Below are positions 58,839-64,000 of a DNA stretch of 64,000 nt, in pieces. Both the position numbers and the translations under genes were made by a program. Position 1 is the first letter of the stretch, and every line of letters begins with the position of its first letter. This DNA comes from Minisyncoccota bacterium (GTDB taxonomy: Bacteria > Patescibacteriota > Minisyncoccia > Phycocordibacterales > UBA2100), in the NCBI GenBank assembly GCA_031291875.1, contig JARLIE010000183.1, positions 1,356 to 65,355 on the forward strand. The letters run 5' to 3'. The notes beneath the pieces were generated by a model. The model saw nothing but the letters and a program-made list of their open reading frames with translations. It made no database searches and was not told where the DNA came from.

Positions 58839-59342
58839 ATGCCGAGATCGAAAAGATGGGATAAACGCTGGGACTCGCTTACGCGAGAAAAGCAAGACCT
58901 CTACGTTACGCTGCTCTGGCAAGACGGCTATACAGAACAAGCTATCGCGGATTTTCTCCGCGCTACGAAAGGCACGATCGTGCGCCGAAGAAATACGGGC
59001 TTGAATCTCTCTTCGGAAGGCCGGGGTGCAGTCAAGCGTACTGTTGTCTACGAAAGGTTCGTGGATCTTCTGGATCTCCATAAGATTCGCGAGACCGAAG
59101 AGAAGAGCAATGGGAAAGTCACCGCGATTGCGCCGATTGACCAGCCCAGGGAACGCGAAGACGAAGGAGAACAAACGACGTCGCAGGCAGCCTACGACGA
59201 GCAGCGCACCGCTTCGCGAACGAAACCCAAATATCAGCTGACCGCCAATTGGCAGCTGCAGTGCAAGCACCGCGATGAGCGAGGACACCAATGTTCGTTC
59301 ATCAAGGAGCCCGGTTCGGACTACTGCAAAAAGCACCAATAA
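58839..59342 (+). CDS. GcrA-like protein (N-terminal HTH, C-terminal Cys/His domain)
   Basis: LLWQDGYTEQAIADFLRATKGTIV...LNLS and QLT...C...C....PGSDYCKKH; AAGGA RBS; own promoter and terminator (59356-59388). Confidence 0.6.
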   Translation: MPRSKRWDKRWDSLTREKQDLYVTLLWQDGYTEQAIADFLRATKGTIVRRRNTGLNLSSEGRGAVKRTVVYERFVDLLDLHKIRETEEKSNGKVTAIAPIDQPREREDEGEQTTSQAAYDEQRTASRTKPKYQLTANWQLQCKHRDERGHQCSFIKEPGSDYCKKHQ

Positions 59343-59439
59343 TGATCACGAGATCTATGCCCGGCCGCGTAGCCGGGCATATCTTTTTACGAGAAAAACT
59401 TGACACATGCTACTGTAGTGAAGTATCAATGCCACCCGT

Positions 59440-61605
59440 ATGAAGCTTGTAATAGTAGAATCACCTTCAAAAGCGAAAACCATCGAGAAGTATCTCGGCG
59501 GCGATTTTACGGTGCGAGCTTCCGTCGGTCACGTTCGAGACCTCCCGAAATCAAATAAAGACGCCGTCGACATTGAAGGCGGTTTCGTGCCTCGCTACCA
59601 GATTGTTGCCGAGAAACGAAAGGTTATCGATGAGCTCGAAAGCGAAGCAAAGAAGGCCAAGGAGGTCATTCTTGCAACGGACCCCGACCGCGAAGGCGAA
59701 GCGATCGCCTGGCACCTTGCACAAACCATGGGACTGAAAAAGCCCAAACGCATCGTCTTCCACGAAATCACCCAAAACGCGGTCCAGGAGGCACTCAAGC
59801 ACCCTCGCGCTATCGACGAGGAATTGGTACGAGCCCAGGAAGCTCGCCGGGTCCTCGATCGCCTCTTCGGCTACGATCTCTCCGGATTGGTTTGGAAAAA
59901 GGTTCGCTACGGCCTTTCGGCCGGACGCGTACAATCGCCCGCGCTTCGCATCATCATGGAGCGCGAGCGAGAGATTCGCGCGTTCGTCCCGGAGAAATTC
60001 TGGGTCGTAAGCGCCGATTTGAAAACAAAAAAAGGCGAGACCTTTACCGTGACCTGCGTCGAGGAGCCGCGTGACGAAAAAGAAGCGCAGCGCATCTACG
60101 AGGCGGCGCAAAGTAAGGAATGGAAAACTGTCTCAGTCGACGAAACCGAAGCGACGCGCGCTCCGCGCGCTCCGTTTACAACCTCGACGCTCCAGCAGAC
60201 CGCTTCGACGCGCCTTGGGCTTTCGCCTTCGCGCACCATGCAAATCGCGCAAAAACTCTACGAAGCCGGTCACATCACCTACATGCGTACCGACTCGACC
60301 AACCTAGCAAAGGAGGCGCAGCAAAACCTGCTCGAGGTCGCCAAAGATGAGTTCGGAGAAACGTATGCCGAGGCTCGCGTCTACAAGACAAAAAGCAAGA
60401 GCGCGCAGGAGGCGCACGAGGCTATCCGTCCGACAGATGCGAAGAAGCGCTCTTTAGGCGCAAATGAGGAACAAAAGAAACTCTATGCACTCATCCGAGC
60501 GCGAGCGCTTTCGAGCCAGATGACCGATGCTAAAATTCTTCGCACCAAACTCACCGCGACTGTCGAAAAGGCATCGATGCCCGATTTCACCGCCAACGGT
60601 TCTCGCGTCGTTTTCGACGGTTGGCTCGCAGCCGATCCGGACGCGCGCGGCGAAGACGTGCAGCTGCCGAAGGTTGCTGCGGGCGATCCGCTCACCCTCG
60701 TCGAGGCACACAGCGAAGGCAAAGAAACGCAGCCGCCGGGCCGCTACTCCGAAGCAGGTCTTGTCAAAGAACTCGAAAAGCGCGGTATCGGCCGACCGAG
60801 TACGTATGCCTCCATTATCCGCACGCTCGAGACGCGCGGGTACGTTGAAAAGCAGGGCCGCACGCTCATTCCGACAGCAACAGGCGACGTTGTTTCAACC
60901 TTCATTGAAAACAATTTCGGCGAGTACATCTCCGACACCTTCACCGCTGAAATGGAAGACGAGCTCGACGAGATCGCCGAAGGCAAGCGAAAGTATGAAA
61001 AGACTCTCAAGGATTTTTACACGCCCTTCACGAAAGCGGTGAAATCGAAAGCGAAAATCCCGAAAATCACTTCCATGGGCGACGCGCCAAAGGAATTCCC
61101 CTGCCCCATTTGCGGCGGACCGATGGAATACAAGCTCTCGAAGAACGGCCGCTTCATGTCGTGCAAACGCTTTCCAGAATGTCTCGGCGCACGTAAGGAA
61201 GACGGCAGCGAAATCGCGCCGCCGAAAGAATTGAATGAGCCGTGCCCTGAGTGCGGCGGTAAGCTCATCGAACGCGAAGGCCGTTTCGGTCGCTTCATTG
61301 CTTGCTCAAATTATCCCAAATGCAAATTCGTGAAAAAAGATCCCGAAGAAGAAGCGAAAGGAAAGACAGGTGTCCAGTGCCCGGTTTGTCACAAAGGCGA
61401 GATGGTCGAACGACGTGGTCGCTTCGGCGTTTTCTTTGCCTGCTCGAACTACCCCGATTGTAAAAATACGATCAAGGCTCGCCCAACCGGAAAAATCTGC
61501 GAACTGTGCGGTTCGCTGATGATGGAAGGTACCAAAACAATTCCCGAGCGCTGCAGCAACAAAGCGTGTCCCAACCACAATCCTCATAAACTTGCTAAAA
61601 AGTAA
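59440..61605 (+). CDS. topA: DNA topoisomerase I
   Basis: IVESPSKAKTI, ATDPDREGEAI, SAGRVQS, ITYMRTDS, C-terminal zinc ribbons. Confidence 0.98.
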   Translation: MKLVIVESPSKAKTIEKYLGGDFTVRASVGHVRDLPKSNKDAVDIEGGFVPRYQIVAEKRKVIDELESEAKKAKEVILATDPDREGEAIAWHLAQTMGLKKPKRIVFHEITQNAVQEALKHPRAIDEELVRAQEARRVLDRLFGYDLSGLVWKKVRYGLSAGRVQSPALRIIMEREREIRAFVPEKFWVVSADLKTKKGETFTVTCVEEPRDEKEAQRIYEAAQSKEWKTVSVDETEATRAPRAPFTTSTLQQTASTRLGLSPSRTMQIAQKLYEAGHITYMRTDSTNLAKEAQQNLLEVAKDEFGETYAEARVYKTKSKSAQEAHEAIRPTDAKKRSLGANEEQKKLYALIRARALSSQMTDAKILRTKLTATVEKASMPDFTANGSRVVFDGWLAADPDARGEDVQLPKVAAGDPLTLVEAHSEGKETQPPGRYSEAGLVKELEKRGIGRPSTYASIIRTLETRGYVEKQGRTLIPTATGDVVSTFIENNFGEYISDTFTAEMEDELDEIAEGKRKYEKTLKDFYTPFTKAVKSKAKIPKITSMGDAPKEFPCPICGGPMEYKLSKNGRFMSCKRFPECLGARKEDGSEIAPPKELNEPCPECGGKLIEREGRFGRFIACSNYPKCKFVKKDPEEEAKGKTGVQCPVCHKGEMVERRGRFGVFFACSNYPDCKNTIKARPTGKICELCGSLMMEGTKTIPERCSNKACPNHNPHKLAKK

Positions 61606-61643
61606 AAGACGCGGCGATGGCCGCGTCTTTCGGTAGTTGCCTC

Positions 61644-61823
61644 CTAGCCCTCGAGGCACAGTATGGCGGCGAGGTTCGTTTCCCGTTTCTCGGGTTCGGT
61701 GTCGCTGCGCCTGCTTGGACCGAACTCGCGTTCGGGCCAGGTATCGAGCGCCCAATTGAGACGCTCAGTTTCCGGCACGCCGCGCAGTTTCGCTTCTTCC
61801 ACGAGTTCTTGGATTAACGGCAT
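61644..61823 (-). CDS. Hypothetical small protein (59 aa)
   Basis: Manual translation MPLIQELVEEAKLRGVPETERLNWALDTWP...LCLEG; GAGGAG RBS; shares terminator 61604-61630 with topA. Confidence 0.55.
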   Translation of the reverse strand: MPLIQELVEEAKLRGVPETERLNWALDTWPEREFGPSRRSDTEPEKRETNLAAILCLEG

Positions 61824-61911
61824 CTTCGTCTCCTCTTAGTAGGTTGTGATGGGCACCATTCACACTGGTGGCTTCATTTGACCAAACCGGAGCACAGAGT
61901 ACTATCATTTT

Positions 61912-63453
61912 ATGACCGGTGTCAAAGCCCGCCCCCTCAAAGAGATCCTCGATGCGATGACATCGAAGGAACCGGCCGACATCGAGCTCGTATCACAGGC
62001 GTACGAATTCTCGCAAACAGCGCACGGCGAACAGAAGCGGTATTCCGGCGACCCTTACTTTGTGCATCCGGCGGAGGTCGGTTTTCTCCTCGCCGAAGCC
62101 GGGCTCGATCCGCAAACGATCGTTGCAGGACTCCTGCACGACACGATTGAGGACGCGGGCGTCCAGCCGGCGACGATCGAAGAGCGTTTTGGCAAAGATG
62201 TCCTTACCCTGGTTGAAGGTGTAACCAAACTCGGAACCTTGCGGTATCGCGGTCTCGAACGACACACGGAATCACTCCGGAAGCTTTTTGCAGCGACCGC
62301 CAAAGATATTCGCGTACTCATCATCAAGCTGATGGATCGCTTGCACAACGCCCGCACGCTCGAGTATGTGCCGCGCCCGGAGAAACGCCTGCGTATCGCA
62401 CAAGAAACGCTTGAGATTTACGCGCCAATCGCCGACCGCCTTGGTATGAGCGTAACGAAGCAAGAACTGGAAGACGCAGCGTTCCCCTATGCGTTCCACA
62501 AGGAGTACGAAAAAGTCCGCGAGATTTTCAAGGAGCGAAAACCGGAAAACGAAAAGCGGCTCGAAAAAGTCGAGCACGATCTAAAACGCGAACTCGCAGG
62601 CGCGGGACTCCGCGAATTCCGCACCGAGGCCCGCATCAAAGGACTCTATAGCCTGTATCGAAAATTGGAGCGAAAAGATTGGGATATTTCGAAAATTTAC
62701 GACATGCGTGCGTTGCGCGTGATCTTTCCTTCCGTAGCGGATTGCTATTCCGCGCTCGGGGTCATCCACGCGCACTGGCGTCCGGTACCGGGAAAGATCA
62801 AAGATTACATTGCATTCCCCAAACCCAACGGGTATCAATCGATCCACACCACCGTCTACACCGGCGACGGTGGAGCGCTCGAAATCCAGCTGCGCACGGA
62901 GGCCCAACACCGCGAGGCGCTTTTTGGTATCGCCTCTCACCTCACCTACAAAGAGCGGCAAGAAAACGCTTCGACGGGTCGTGGGCGACGTAGCGGCCTC
63001 GATTGGGTTCGACAGTTTTTCCCGGGCCGACACCGCGACGAAGACGTCATCTCTCCGAGCGAAAAAGGCCTCGTACCACAGTGGGTCAAAGAGCTCGCAC
63101 ATGCACATCACGGGGCGCAAGAATCCGAAGAATATCTCGATACGCTAAAAAGCGATTTCTTTAGCCACCGCGTGTTCGTCTTTACCCCGAAGGGCGACGT
63201 CATCGATCTTCCCTTGGAAGCGACACCAATCGATTTTGCGTACGCGGTTCACTCGGACCTGGGTAATCACATGACCGGCGCGCGAGTCAACGGAAAAATG
63301 GTTTCGCTCGAAACCTCACTGCGCAACGGTGATGTTGTTGAAGTTATCACCAAACCGTCAGCAAAGCCTTCGCGCAAATGGCACGACATCGCGAAAACAA
63401 GCATGGCGAAGAAGCACATCCGGGCCGCGCTTGCTCACGAAGCAAAAAAATAA
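61912..63453 (+). CDS. RelA/SpoT family (p)ppGpp synthetase/hydrolase, C-terminally short
   Basis: RYSGDPYFVHP, LHDTIED, DRLHNARTL, GYQSIHT, EIQLRT, TGS domain FVFTPKG...DFAYAVH. Confidence 0.94.
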   Translation: MTGVKARPLKEILDAMTSKEPADIELVSQAYEFSQTAHGEQKRYSGDPYFVHPAEVGFLLAEAGLDPQTIVAGLLHDTIEDAGVQPATIEERFGKDVLTLVEGVTKLGTLRYRGLERHTESLRKLFAATAKDIRVLIIKLMDRLHNARTLEYVPRPEKRLRIAQETLEIYAPIADRLGMSVTKQELEDAAFPYAFHKEYEKVREIFKERKPENEKRLEKVEHDLKRELAGAGLREFRTEARIKGLYSLYRKLERKDWDISKIYDMRALRVIFPSVADCYSALGVIHAHWRPVPGKIKDYIAFPKPNGYQSIHTTVYTGDGGALEIQLRTEAQHREALFGIASHLTYKERQENASTGRGRRSGLDWVRQFFPGRHRDEDVISPSEKGLVPQWVKELAHAHHGAQESEEYLDTLKSDFFSHRVFVFTPKGDVIDLPLEATPIDFAYAVHSDLGNHMTGARVNGKMVSLETSLRNGDVVEVITKPSAKPSRKWHDIAKTSMAKKHIRAALAHEAKK

Positions 63454-63459
63454 CTGAGA

Positions 63460-63589
63460 GCGAACGAAAGGAAATACCTTTCCTGGAGCGTATCCTTCAT
63501 TCACTGCTACTCTCGCTGACCCGATAAACGGTTCTGACTACTCACTTACGGTTGGCGATGCTCCGAGAAAGGCATTTCCCTTCGTTCGC
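63460..63589. repeat. 130-nt hairpin with ~33-bp imperfect inverted arms
   Basis: GCGAACGAAAGGAAATACCTTTCCTGGAGCGT vs ATGCTCCGAGAAAGGCATTTCCCTTCGTTCGC. Confidence 0.85.
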
Positions 63590-63599
63590 CTAGCACCCT

Positions 63600-64000
63600 C
63601 TACACGGAGAAATTCGAAATCGAATACAAATCGTCCGAACTATCTTCTGGCTTCGGAACGACTGCTTCTTCCGTAGCTTGAACAGACTGCTCATCAACGA
63701 CGGCACCCGGCTGTTGCGAGAGCTGCGGCATTTCCTGGATTTTCGCGATCATATCTCGGATATGCGCGAGATCTTCAACGGAATAAAAATCGATCATGAC
63801 TTTGCCGCCATTGTCTTTCTTTTCAATACGGACGTTGGTGCCCAGCTTTTCCTGCAATTCGCGCTCAAGCGAAAGCAGCTCAGGAGTAAGGTCTGTTTTG
63901 CGCGTTCGCTCGGTCGCGATCCTACGCGCCATCTGCTCTGAGTCGCGTACGGTAAGTCGTCGTGTCAGTATCTCTTTGAAGAGCGTCGCTTGCTCAGCGA
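63600..64000 (-). CDS. parB: ParB/Spo0J partition protein, C-terminal part (runs off window end)
   Basis: EQATLFKEILTRRLTVRDSEQMAR...LERELQEKLGTNVRIE...GKVMIDFYSVEDL, a ParB dimerisation domain. Confidence 0.8.
   Translation of the reverse strand, partial: AEQATLFKEILTRRLTVRDSEQMARRIATERTRKTDLTPELLSLERELQEKLGTNVRIEKKDNGGKVMIDFYSVEDLAHIRDMIAKIQEMPQLSQQPGAVVDEQSVQATEEAVVPKPEDSSDDLYSISNFSV

Noticed and set aside
39166-61823. Three ORFans of exactly 59 aa (39166, 54713, 61644)
   Set aside because: No sequence similarity among them, and I looked for them because they fall just under the 60-aa ORF-track cutoff, so the coincidence is probably ascertainment bias.
19483-63589. Identifying any of the long hairpins as SRP RNA
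   Set aside because: None shows the conserved SRP domain IV motif (CAGG...GNRA...AGCA) on either strand.
982-63941. Many long antisense or alternate-frame ORFs (e.g. 18591-19610, 33905-34924, 40165-41202, 50940-51932, 56178-57107)
   Set aside because: They are shadows of well-supported genes in GC-rich DNA, with no motifs or initiation signals.
1-64000. CRISPR array, prophage, IS/transposase, integron or DGR
   Set aside because: By eye I found no regularly spaced repeats and no integrase, transposase, reverse transcriptase or phage structural motifs in any frame.
1-64000. Alternative genetic code (TGA=Gly, as in Gracilibacteria/Absconditabacteria)
   Set aside because: Conserved genes are uninterrupted under code 11, and several end at TGA at the expected length (e.g. 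rsmH 27087, ftsI 29243, dprA 57977).

Overview
64 kb of bacterial chromosome, standard genetic code. Gene content (truncated dcw cluster, short DnaX and Rel, TolC-less MacAB-like transporters, many Ser/Thr-rich secreted proteins) points to a Patescibacteria/CPR genome, probably Parcubacteria; this taxonomy is inference. Housekeeping genes include uvrC (partial), uvrA, murB, uvrB, tyrS, msrA, lysS, mraZ-rsmH-ftsL-like-ftsI, pyrB, pepN, gdh, dnaX, dus, ftsQ-like, serS, dprA, topA, rel and parB (partial), plus tRNA-Glu(CTC) and tRNA-Gln(TTG). I saw no CRISPR array, prophage or transposase. The best candidate for an undescribed system is a three-gene module at 22069-25480: a SAM methyltransferase, a 'thermostable haemolysin'-family (GNAT/LuxI-like) acyltransferase and a 7TM-GAF histidine kinase. 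It is flanked by imperfect ~20-bp direct repeats, lies divergent from a MarR-linked efflux operon, and resembles a signal-synthase plus receptor (quorum-sensing-like) cassette. Other highlights: a GcrA-like regulator between dprA and topA; a Zn-finger/LuxR-like/ParB-HTH mosaic protein; apparently leaderless core genes versus Shine-Dalgarno-led solitary ORFans; an 18-bp bidirectional promoter between serS and dprA; and four long intergenic hairpins. All family assignments come from motif recognition by eye, not database searches.
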